From assembly GCA_038496445.1 (NCBI GenBank), contig JALMLS010000304.1, positions 543,501 to 607,500 on the forward strand: a DNA stretch of 64,000 bases, in the 5' to 3' direction. Both the position numbers and the translations under genes were made by a program. The notes under the pieces are model-generated. The model saw only the letters and a list, made by a program, of their open reading frames with translations. It did no database searches and was not told the DNA's origin. This document shows positions 28,781 to 40,200 of this stretch, piece by piece. Every line of letters starts with the position of its first letter. The stretch's first letter is position 1. The stretch is from Trichosphaerium sp. ATCC 40318 (Eukaryota > Protista > Tubulinea).

Positions 28781-29030
28781 TCCGAATGGAGCATTGCATG
28801 GCTACTCCGACCAGACATTTCAAGTCTCACCACTCCAACTTAGGTTGTAATCTAAGAGAAGCCAGAATCTACGAGCCCCCTGTGCGGGTACGACATTTGT
28901 TGTGTTGTTGAAGGAATGTCCATGACGCCCTACTGCTACCCTAACCATCCGCCCAGCAGCAGTTCTTCAAGGATAGGACAGTGGGTCTTCCGTCTCGAGG
29001 CCGCATTCTGTTTCGGTTACCTACTAAGCT
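28781..29030. ncRNA. Candidate ~250-nt structured ncRNA (unassigned; carries a telomerase-template-like motif)
   Basis: GC-rich island between A/T runs; nested long-range helices 28839-28883 pairing with 28978-29028; internal hairpins; no ORF of 60 aa or more. Confidence 0.5.
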
Positions 29031-29748
29031 TTTTTTTTTTCTTTTAACCTCTGCAATTGCAACCAAAAAAAAAAAGTGGGACAAGAAAAACTGCATTAAA
29101 ACGGATCAAAATCACCTCAGGCTGTTCATTGGGTAACTGTGACCACTTTGTGGCTTCGTTTTAGTAAGGATTGCAACAAAAATGTGTTTATTTGTGGATA
29201 TTTCAGTGAAAAACGTCGCTTGGTAATGATAACAACCTCCAGAATAATGTAAAAAACGAGTACGTTTGGTTTTGTTTAAGACTACATATTCTTCCTCACT
29301 CTTTGTATAATACAGTCATCCAGAGCTTGAAACGGTTACCATGCGTATGGAAATGGATAAAACGCCACTGTGGCCTCTCGATTACGTACTACACGCGTAT
29401 AAACGCCATAGCGCGTCAAATAACAATTTAAACACGTTAGAACGATCTTAGCAAACGTTTTAGAAACAGAAACAAAACTAGTAGCAAGAAACGATTCAAG
29501 CACTTGCCTTACGCGCTAAATACAACGTACAAGTGAGGTGCAAGGCTGTTGAACAACATTGTAATTCATGAATATTAAAAATCCCACACCAAATTTTTGG
29601 CTCAAAAAACAGAACCTAAAGACGGTTTTCACAACTTTCTTCTACCTCTACTATAGGTCCTAAAGGTTTAAAGAAGCAATACGCGGTTATGAAAAATCCG
29701 TTGAGGCAATAAGAAAGCCAGAAACAAGAGTGGAAAGAAACTATTTAC

Positions 29749-31240
29749 TTATTCCGTAGTAGGAAGTTGAGAAAACAACGCCAAACAAAATTGTTTTTTA
29801 GAGTCAAACCACTGTTTGTCCATTGAGAACCCGCATTGCTTAGCAATAGTCGACATACTTTCAAGTGAATACTTGTGGCTGTTTTCGGTATGAATTGTTT
29901 CGCCTAAGAATCGAGTAAATATTTGACAAGAAACAGTTTAAATTTTCCACCAAAACAAAGATGTACCTTTCTTAAAGTCGACTTCAAGATCCAAGTTTTT
30001 ACACAATACTGTTTGGTCTTCTGTACTCACAAGATGCATTTCAATACGCTCTTTCTAATCATAAATTAAATAAGCAAAACTCGAAACAACAACATAAAAC
30101 TGTCAGTTAGTAAGTACCTTTCCATTCCACACGGATTTATGTTTGAATTTATCCATGTCGAAGTTACCACCGAGTTCAGCATTTATCCTCTTTAGTAAAT
30201 TTTTGTTAAACGCAGCTGTAACACCCTTCAAACAAAAAAGTCAATTCGCTGTAACGCAACAACAAGCAATTATGTATTATACCTTCTTATCGTCATAGGC
30301 GGCTACTAGCTTATTTGTGTCTTTAATTAGATCAAAGCCAATAAGAAATTTATCTTGCGGATGCATATTTTCGCGACAGTGCTTGAGAAACGTAATACTA
30401 TCCTCTCTAAATAAAGAACATACTTTAGAATTTCTGTTTAAATGAAGTTTATCAAAAAAACTTAACGTACAACGTGAAATTGCCTATAGAAGAGCCTAAC
30501 CATGTGTATACACGATTTGTGGCGTCAGGTCCAAGGTCTTGTGCCTTTAATAGCTTTAAGCCCTCCCTTTTTGTAGTGGTTAGGAATGCGTTTAAAATAG
30601 TGTAATAGTACGTGTATTCAGCTGATATAGCTGTGATTGAAAGAGTTGGGTACTCGTTTAACAGTTGATGAGCTGACTTGCGGAGCATAGTGTCTGAGAT
30701 GTCCATAGGTATGTAGTGTAGCTTTGAAAAGCATTTGATGAATGCTGTGAGTAGTAGACGCGTTTTATACGACGATCCAGAACCAAGTTCCTAGGGAGTA
30801 CTTAGAGCGGATAAACAGCAAAGGGTTGAATTTCTGAACTTGTTCGTGAATTGTTTTTCGATAAAAACGTAACGTTACGTACCACAACTACTGTGCCGTC
30901 AGTAAACAAAGCTGCGATTTCATCCGAGTGAGTTTTAAGTATCTCCGTTTCTGCACGAGTAACATAGTATTCCTCCAACTCGCATATATCTTCGAACAAG
31001 TTAGAGCCCTCCTCGTCGTAGAAAAATGCGCAAGAGAGTTTTTTCTGTTCTTTTTGTAGGCCCACCTAACTTTGTTAGCTATTGTTTGGTAGTAACCACG
31101 TACCTTGACGGTGTCGCCGAAATTTAGCATTGCGGTAGCTGTCTCTGATTGTAAAACAGAAAAACGGCTAAATGTTCGTTAGGGGCCTCACTCAGTGTAT
31201 ACACGCACTCTTTGAAAGCGTCTTGCGTTTGTGCTGTCAT
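29749..31240 (-). CDS. egtD: Histidine N-alpha-trimethyltransferase (ergothioneine biosynthesis), stand-alone
   Basis: [48 protein letters not shown]...[13 protein letters not shown]. Confidence 0.92.
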
Positions 31241-31316
31241 TGTTAGTAAGATTAGATGGTTTTGTAGGTTTTCCCCTTACTTGAATACAAATTAAGTCAA
31301 ATTTCCGAGCAATTGT

Positions 31317-31569
31317 CCGCGGGATTGTTTACATACAGCACGTAGTTCATAATGGGGCTGTACTCATTCGACATGTGACGTGACAACTTCTGTACGTCTG
31401 TTAAGTCGTTTCCACCAGCGCCGCGTTTTGGGGGAACTGTTATCGACATGCAGGCTCTTGCGAGATTAACTTGGAGAGTTGGAGCGTTAGTCAACATCTC
31501 AAGTGCGTTTGGCGTTGAGAGTCGTTGTGACGCCAATCAAGCGCGGTTTTCGCAACCAGCGGAGTTTTT
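31317..31569 (+). ncRNA. Candidate ~250-nt multibranched structured ncRNA (unassigned)
   Basis: Terminal helix TCCGC/GCGGA, about seven internal hairpins whose G-U pairs favour the + strand, followed by GTTTTT. Confidence 0.55.
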
Positions 31570-31633
31570 AGCGGTTCTTCTTACTTGTCGTGTCATGTTC
31601 GGTCGAACTTTCTAATAATCACGCTCAGGCCAA

Positions 31634-33246
31634 CTATACTGCTCCAAGTGTCTTCCTATTTACTAAAAGCAGTTCTGTAGCGCACTTGACAAGCCACCTG
31701 AAAGCGTCACTGACAGTCGAAAATATTTGTGAAACATACCTTTGATTTGAGCGCCTGTTGCTTTCAAATATGTCAAACTCCCATTTTTCATTAGGATACA
31801 AGTCCTTTAGTATACGCGGGAAGTAATCTAGAATACCCCTTCCAAACACAGAACCAACTTGCTCTGTTGAAATGTCGTACCAATCTTTAGGACAAGAGAT
31901 TTTCAACACATGTTCAATGTGTTTTAATTTTGCTAACATATCTGTTTGCCAAAAGCGTGCTGGATTGAAGTCCTCTCGAGTACCTTGAGACAATAGAGTA
32001 AGTACTAGCCTACAACTAACTTACTTACGAAAGTTACTCGAATCCCATTTCACCTCGGGGTACATTGCTTCAAGCATGCTAAGCATTCTGTTGTTATATT
32101 GCCTTTTTAAACTAGTTAGGAAGCGAATATTAATTCATTCAGCCACGTGCTTATAAAGTAGACCTGCTCCTCCTACTCGAACAATATCGCCCACTGTGAC
32201 ATGCCTCCACTCAGAGAGGTTCATAATCTTTAACTCTCTCTCAGTCTAGTCACTATGAGTGTTGGACAAAAAATCAATTAAATACCTCAATAATAAATTG
32301 TCTTTGATTTTCTAGTGAATGCCAATACCTCTGTGGTGCTTTTCCTACATTATAATGAGCTCGGTAAACCAATGACAGAAATAGCGCCACTAGACGCACT
32401 AAATTTCCAGGGAAGCCACTTGACATCTGGGTATATGAACTCAACAAAAGCAAACATTGAGCTGTCGAATCTCCTAATTAAAACGTCACAATCGATATCA
32501 AAAAGCAATGTCACATTTTACAGTGTTAATAAGCCATTTGCTCCTCTTTTCTTTATTGACGACATCTCCACTTTATACCATTCGTGGATAGACTTAATCC
32601 CTAGCTCCTTTTCAAGCTTGACACGCCATCAGTACGTAACTTATGTAACAAAATCGTACATTTATCGCTAGTGAAATGATATTCTCTGAGAGGTGCCAAA
32701 ACCGCATTGGCACTGACTCTAGATTATGGTAAGGCGTTACTGAAATAAGATTGCAACGTACTGAATTTCCAAGGCAGCCAGTTATAATGGGGAAACATGT
32801 AGCGCATAAGTTTAACAATTGAATTGTCATTTTGTCTACGCAAAGTAAATACGTGGCGCCATTATCGAGGTACTTGCTTAAGCAGTTTGGCTAATTGTTT
32901 TTGACGCCTCAATTGTGACCATATACATAAGTACCAGTCATCAAGAGTAGGGATATCTAGCTCTTTTGCTGCCTGTCAAATTATCGTAAACAAGCGAAAC
33001 GTTGTCATACGATAGCGCACCATCTGTAAGTGAGTGTGCTCACTGTGTTTCCGCCAAAAACTTGCCTTCTTTTTAACTACCACAAATTAGCTTTGAAATG
33101 TATAGGTATGTACTACCATGCGTTATGTGGCCTAAACAGTACTTCCGTTGTACAATTCTTGCGGTTTTTTCCCTTTCTACCCCTTTGCACTTCCTTTTGT
33201 GGTGAAACAAAGGCCAGTGAGACAAATGACGAGCAGCCGTAGTCAT
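31634..33246 (-). CDS. Four-repeat Trp/Tyr-rich tandem-repeat protein; paralog of 42202-44821 lacking the nuclease domain
   Basis: MTTAARHLSHWPLF N-terminus; repeats containing KELDIPTLDDWY..FPHYNWLPWKF, KELGIKSIHEWY..YPDVKWLPWKF, RELKIMNLSEW..YPEVKW, HVLKISCPKDWY..YPNEKW. Confidence 0.75.
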
Positions 33247-33461
33247 AACAACATATCACCAGTACAAATTTAAGCCAAATTTCAACAGATGGACAGTCAT
33301 TCACAAAACAGGTGGATAGGTTTTATTCTATCATCGGCCCTTGCGTGCCAATGCTGAGCATTGCAACCCAAGTTACTTCCAAATGGTGTACGTAATAAGA
33401 GTATCATATAGACAGCTTTCGCCACGTGACATTCTTGGCAAGTGTTTGAGATATCATGTCT

Positions 33462-34957
33462 TTAGTTTAAATCTTTCTGTTTGAGTTTGTACAAAAATTC
33501 GTCAACTGTGTCTTTAGAAGTAAAGACTTTAAGCTTAGCCTTGTACTTAGAGAGTTGCGAGTCTGTTTTTTTATCTAAGCCAAGCAGCATATCCCTTCTT
33601 TCTCTATTGCTAACGTCGTTGACAGCTTCATTCCACTCCTGTTCATTAGCATCTATGAGCTTGCAAGCTAGAGATGTAGCTCCTACGGCGTCGTTGTGTG
33701 GCAACCAATAAGTTTTCTCTGAGTGCCTTAGCTGTTGTAATTGTTTACCGCATAGCGTGCGTGTGGCTGCTTGAAACTGTTCAAGCATTATGTAAAATTC
33801 GCTTGCAGTAAACTAGAATAATTAGTCAAATAAAGGTAAAGCAATGAGGTAATACTAACCTTTCCTTTCTTCATGAAATCTATGCCTTGCTTGTATCCAA
33901 TTATCGTAGATACACGGTGTAGGGTTTGAGGATGTTCAAGAGCCCATAGACACTCCTAGAACATTGTAAATAATGGTCACTCGTATAAGTAACCATACGT
34001 TTAACAGTCCTTTTTGAAGCATGAGTTCACATCTGAAATCTAGCTTTTCATACAACATGAGCCTAGGGTTGTTAAAATGGCGTCTTCTCGCACTTTGTAC
34101 CTTGGCAAACATAGTCCAAATTCTCTAATGTCGAATTGTGCCTGCTTCTCTGTTACCCTATTAGATGTATCGAAAGCAAAGCCTCGCTCTGCCAATTCCA
34201 AATAACGCGCTAGTCTAATCCAATTATTTGTACCGACATCACAATCTGTCCACCCTTTGTAGGAGTGTAGTTGAGCTAAGCTATTATTTAGAGTAAGTAA
34301 GATGTATAGTGTTCTATAGAACCTTTTATCCCATCCAACCTGCTTTGCGTGTTGCATGATAGCCTCATTTCGCACCTTGTCTCTCTGCCGAGTCAGCACT
34401 ACCAGAAAAAAAACGGAAACGTACAGGTGGGAGGCGCTCCTCGACTTTAGAATGAAGTAAGGAATCGACATACAACGCTGAGCCACCAGCTACGATTGGT
34501 AGCTTGCCTCTCTGAACAATATCGTTTATAACTGAAGTTGCCCGTGTCATAAATTGACCTGCCGAGAAATCCTTGTGTGGCGTTACAAAAGTATGTACAA
34601 ACTCAACTTACGGTTTCTCTGGAAGTATTTCTAAGGTCTATGATATCTTGCATGTGTATTGGAGCAATCTGTGATTTCAGTTTATTCGTCCCAATGCTTA
34701 GGTGCTTGTACACCTACCAAATTAGATGTTACACTATATGTCGCGTAGATTACCTTCGTACTATCAGCTACAACAATTTCAGCTCTATCAGACAATGCTT
34801 GGGCAATTAACACTGCACCAAGGCCTTTGCCGGCGCTGGTCGGTCCTTTTATCGCCACCACCTTTGGGCGCGCTGTTGAGGTACTTCTGGCTGTAAACCG
34901 ACATGTCACACCTCTACTCTCAAAACAGACTGACGGCGTTACGCATTTACTCAGCAT
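33462..34957 (-). CDS. tRNA dimethylallyltransferase (IPP transferase, MiaA/Mod5 family)
   Basis: VVAIKGPTSAGKG, VVADS..VY, IGTNK, RGKLPIVAGGSALY, IGYKQ. Confidence 0.88.
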
Positions 34958-35094
34958 CAACGTGTATAACAGACTTGACCAAACAAAACAAACGCAAATG
35001 TCATTACGCCACAACCATTTTAGTCGTGTTTTTTTTTTTACAATGCGTTCTGTGTTAATAATACAGGGCAGTAGGATGTTAGTAGTGCTGTCAT

Positions 35095-36278
35095 CTATGC
35101 ATCCGCCTGAACAGTATTTCTGTTTTCTTGATCATCATCTTGTCTGTACCTGGACAATTGTTAGAAAGCGTAACGAGTAAGAACACGGGACGCACAAAAT
35201 TTGTTGTATTTGCTCAATGATCTTTCCAGATTCGAGTTTGGCGGTATTCTCGTCTTGAGTATAAATTTCGATGTCTCGCAATCTATCGTAATAAAAAATT
35301 GAGTCTTTTTCTAATCTGTCGATGTCAATTTTGGCCTGAGCCAGTTGTAGACGCAATTTCTGTACTTCAGCTACATAGGGTTAGACACAAACATAATAAA
35401 AGCAAAATTTTACCACTTGAGTCTGATTTTTTTAGTTTATCAGAGTTGGTGCGAGTTGATAGAGGCTGGCGAGCAGGACGACGTGCGGCTCTAGTTTGAG
35501 GTGCAGGCTTGCTTTGAGTTCTAGTTTGGGAGGCTCTAGTTGTACGAGAGGAGCGAGCAGGCTTGGATGATCCCACTGCCACTTTAGCAGCTCTACAAAG
35601 GAGCATTAGATATAGCTTTACTAGCGAACAGTGACATACTTGCGTCTTGCGACTGCGTCATATGGAGTGCCATCATAGTTTGCCTCAAAATATCTTTTGA
35701 ACCACTGGAGAAATTCGAGGTTGTCTTGGTATTTGCCTTCAATCAATTTGCTCACTGGTACATTCTAGGGGTAATGAAACGGTATTGCGATATCGATTAC
35801 GCACTTTATCAATTCCATGCTGTTTTAATAGCCGTTGCACAATTTTCCAGTTAGGAACGTACCTAACTGCGTCAGAGCTCGCAAGGCCTTAAATAATTTC
35901 AAAATTTAAAAAAGCCGCGTAAAAGAATACGCACTCATAATCACTAGACGCGTTGAAATCTGCTTTAGAGAGGCTAGCGCGACCTATTCTATACTTAATT
36001 CACAGCGCACGGGGTTGTCGTACCATCGGTCAAAGCGTCAAAAAATTGCACATACGCGGCAGCTACAACGATTTTAGATGCTACTTTGAGTTTGAAAAAA
36101 ATAACGGATTACCTGAGCAGAGTTGCTCAACCTTTGTATAATTCAGTTTCAGGAACCCATTCACCCACTTCAATAAGTCTGTACGACTCACGAAAAATGC
36201 ACCTTCCATCATGCCTTGTTTGCTGTTAGATTCGCCTTATAATACACCCAAGACAGCCTTACCAAAGTTAGCGTTCAT
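35095..36278 (-). CDS. EB1: EB1/RP-EB microtubule plus-end tracking protein
   Basis: [15 protein letters not shown]...[19 protein letters not shown] (CH domain), [16 protein letters not shown] (EBH domain). Confidence 0.93.
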
Positions 36279-36533
36279 CTTGTTAGTTTTAGATATCTAC
36301 GGATGCGTTGTAGCGTCAAAAGTTTTGAAAAGATTACTTCGCGGGAAATAGTTTAAGTCAGACTTCACCAAATAGCTTTGTTGGCCATATTTTGTAGTTT
36401 TTAACAATCATGTCAAACAGTGGACATTCCGTTTACCCTTTATTAACTTTATTGCTTTTAAGCGCCAAATTTTACCGCCAATTTTAAGCTACTCACTACT
36501 AACAACAACAGCTCTTCATCTCTATCTCTAGCA

Positions 36534-36960
36534 ATGTCCAAACCTTTGACTGACGCCACCAACACCGTAATCGAAGTACCACTTCGTAGAACCCCAAGAA
36601 AGACAAAGCCTGCCATCCAAGTGCGCATGGAAAGCAGCCCAAAGTCTAAATATTCAAAAACACCTGAACAAGTAAAACAACGCTTGGAGTCCGCTGAAAA
36701 GCGCCGCAAGGTAAACCAATGCTATTCACAGCGTCGCTCTAACTCTAGTAGAACTTGGAAGCACAAAAGGCCGCCAGAGCCCGCCAAGAAGTTGAGTTCG
36801 CCAAAGAAAGAGGTCGTCAAAACAGAGAGATCCAAAAGTACGTAAACAACATCGTTTTACGCGAGTTACTTATTCTCATAGATTGAGAAACACACCAAGC
36901 AAGGTTGAGCGCCCAAAACGCGTATTTGGTAAAGAAGATCTTCCTACTGTAAACTTGTAA
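36534..36960 (+). CDS. Small basic stathmin-like protein (3 exons)
   Basis: TPEQVKQRLESAEKRRKNLEA resembles the stathmin core [21 protein letters not shown]; S/TP sites. Confidence 0.55.
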
Positions 36961-37241
36961 ACTATAAGCTTTTGTTTAAACTAAAACTGTTTTATTCCCT
37001 CTCTTTGTTGTTATTCTCGCTTTGTTGCTCGATACGTTGATTATTAAAACATTATTTGCGCCCAACGCAGCGCGGTTTCCAAAATGGCGCGCTTTTTACC
37101 TGAATCACAGGCACTACGCGCCAATTGAATTATTATGTCGCTTTTCACAATACACAAATCTTGCTCGCATAAAACAGCCGGAACCAATGTTGTATTGGTA
37201 TAGTATACAATATTTTACATACAAACATACAAGTTACATTG

Positions 37242-40200
37242 CTAGACTACGTCGGTGACTTCTGTTACAATCTTGATTAATTTCTAAAAACGAGTTAGTT
37301 TACAACTATGCTTTGGGTTCAATACCTTCAATAAAGCTAACTTTTGACACTCAAACCTGGCACGCATGATTTCTTGCATTGCACGAACTCTCAACTTTTG
37401 TAGAGTGTCTACATTGACGCCCTCAGTTTTGCGTATTAGATGAGTCTGGAACTTCTCGAGCGCTTTAGCATTAACTTGTAGTTTCGGCACGATGACTTCT
37501 TCCTCAGATATCTCCTCCATCTCTTCCTCAACGACATCTAGAAAATTGGTGTAAGCACACAAAAAATAAATAGACGAATCCAATTGAAACTTTGAAATGC
37601 CTGGTCTGCAAGAACGTACTTAGTTCTGGTGGTGGTCTACACTTTGGACAAAACCAATCGCCTTTAGGAATGCTATCCAATGCAGGGCTCATGCAATACA
37701 TATGATATCCCTTATCACACTCATCACACAATAGCATACTTTCCTCATTCTCCATGCTACCACATTTCTCGCATGCCTAAGGTTGAATAAGCAACTCAAT
37801 AACATTAAACCGAAGGTTAGTGCTTACTTTCATTAGCAATAGATATGAAGGAACTTTTATGGCGAGTTGCTCCTTTGGATGTTCAACTTCAGGTTCAGGT
37901 TCAGGTTCAAGCATAATGATATCATTTGATTCACCGTCGCCGTTAACCTCACCATCTTCTTCGTCAGAGTTAGAGTTAGACTCGATTTTTCTACGTTTAG
38001 CTTTGTCCCCTCTAGAGTCACCATTGCTCATACGTTTGCGCACACGAGAAATAACTGTGCTAGGTTTTTTAGGAGACTCAGTATTACCGTTCCTTGGTCT
38101 CCAAGTTCTACCTAATGTAGACATTAGACAATTCATTTCTTGTGTATTAAAAAAAAACGTGCCATTCTCTCGTTCAACCTTTTTACCACGAGGAATTAAA
38201 CCTCTAGTTTTAATGCGCTCGCATTCCTTTAATAGGTCAGGCGATATTTTTTCTATGTAGCCAATGATGTCATCAGCTAATTCACTTGCCTGGAGAAAAA
38301 CGTGTAAGTATGTTTAAATATCGATAGAGTGTGGTACTACGTACACGGTAAAAGTAAGGTGAATCGTCTCGTTGTTTGATCTTATCAAAGTAATTGATGT
38401 TGTTGCGGACTAATAAGTTAATATCGTCCAAGTACGGAGCCAACGTGTTGTAGAAATGTTGATCTATGCGTTTTTGAATCAACGTAAGATCAATTGGTTC
38501 TTGCACAAGGTCATAATAATCCCTGTACTTCATAGCATCCTATTCACAACTTTAAAATGCTATAGACAAAGATATCCGACTTACAACTGGTTTAAAGAAA
38601 ATGCGGTATTTATGCTCTTTTCTCAGTTCGTCCATAATTTCGCGAAGTATACGACGGAACTGTCGTAGCGTATCACTGAGGAATGTCAATTCAATAAAAA
38701 AAAGTTCATGTGTAACGTACTTGTCTCTACGCTTCATTTCTCCTTCACCTTCAGGTGTAAGTTTAAGCTCGTTTGTTGGTACCATTGGCAATGGAGCAAG
38801 CTTTTTATGCTTTTTCTTCGTTTTCACGTATGGTGTATTTATCTCACGAATTAGAGACTCGAAATATTGCTTACGGCTCTCCTGGTAAGAGTGAGTCATT
38901 GCGCTAGACAACATGTGTTTTTTTACCTCGGAAACAGGCGATAGCTCAAAAGACGTTGCACCAATTAACCTCATGAGTTCCTGTGGCAATTCACCGCAAG
39001 GAGCATCTGCGGTGGCCAATAAAAATATTGGCGTGTTTGTAGAAAGATCTGCAATAAAATTGGATAACACCAGTCGCAAATCCGCAGAAGCCATGTGCCA
39101 CCTATAAAACAAGCGTCAGGTTACTTTAACAAGCATTACATCAAATAAGTACCATTGATTGGCTCTAGGCAAGTATAAAACTGAAGGAATCTGTCTCCAC
39201 GATTCCCGCAGCCTAGCAACTAAAACCTCAACAGCAGACTAGAAATGAAATGAGAATAACTGTATGAACTCATAATTTACGGCAAATAGCACAAGAATAA
39301 TAGGTTACTAAATTTAACGCACCCTAGCTACCGTGTCCGACAATAATTCGGACATTTCCACGGAGATTAATGGGAATTGTTCAAGCCTATGAAGAACTGC
39401 AGCGCCAACGGACGACTGTCCCATGTTCGCTGGACCATGAATCAAAAGAGTAGGTTTATATACAGGCATAGAATCTGTTACTAGCTTCCTAAACACATAA
39501 AGTAAGGTTTCTCATTTGCTTATTAGCTATGACGTACAAGTTCAGTGCCGTAGGTTCAGCATCGGGTTTGCATTTCTTAATTTCGTGAGTAGCATCATCG
39601 TCCATTAACAATACTGGGAATACTTCACTTGCAATCTTACAAATCGTATCAACGGCTTCTTTAAAGAGAGCATTCTCTTCAGGGAGAAGAGGCCTTGCAT
39701 GTGCAACAGAAGCGCGATGAGAGGCAGGTACAAGCACTATTTAGCGTGAGATAATTACAAATCAAAATCTATTCTTTCGTACACTTCATGGCTGTTTTGA
39801 AATCTGCTTTCGTTACGTTGATCTGTTTTACATCAATCTGTAGCTTGGCAGAACTTTTGTAGATTTGAGGGTAAGTACGTCTTACAGCGCATAAAGTTGC
39901 TTCGGAGCAAAGAGCTTTTAAATCAGCTCCGCAATAGCCAACACTTCTCTGTGCGATGTCATCACATAATAACCTTACACAAATATTAGTACACAATGGT
40001 AGCAACTTGGGATGCTTACGGTTCAATTGGAGGCTCCCATTGCTTAGTATTAATCTCGACAATTTTTCTGGATAGCTTGTTTAGAAACAGAGGGATGAAA
40101 ATAGCTGTACCTGCGAGCCTTCTTGTTAGGCAATCTAAAAAGAAATTCTCTATCAAATCTTCCAGGTCGTCTAGAAAAATAAGGTTAAAAAAAGATCAAT

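Noticed and set aside
28800-28840. Minus-strand GAGTGG...GACTTGAAAT resembling the D and anticodon arms of tRNA-Ser(UGA)
   Set aside because: No T-arm (GTTCRA) or acceptor stem; not a tRNA.
31297-31536. 79-aa minus-strand ORF as the missing nuclease exon of the repeat gene
   Set aside because: No D/ExxGxxH motif, and the sequence is better explained by RNA structure on the other strand.
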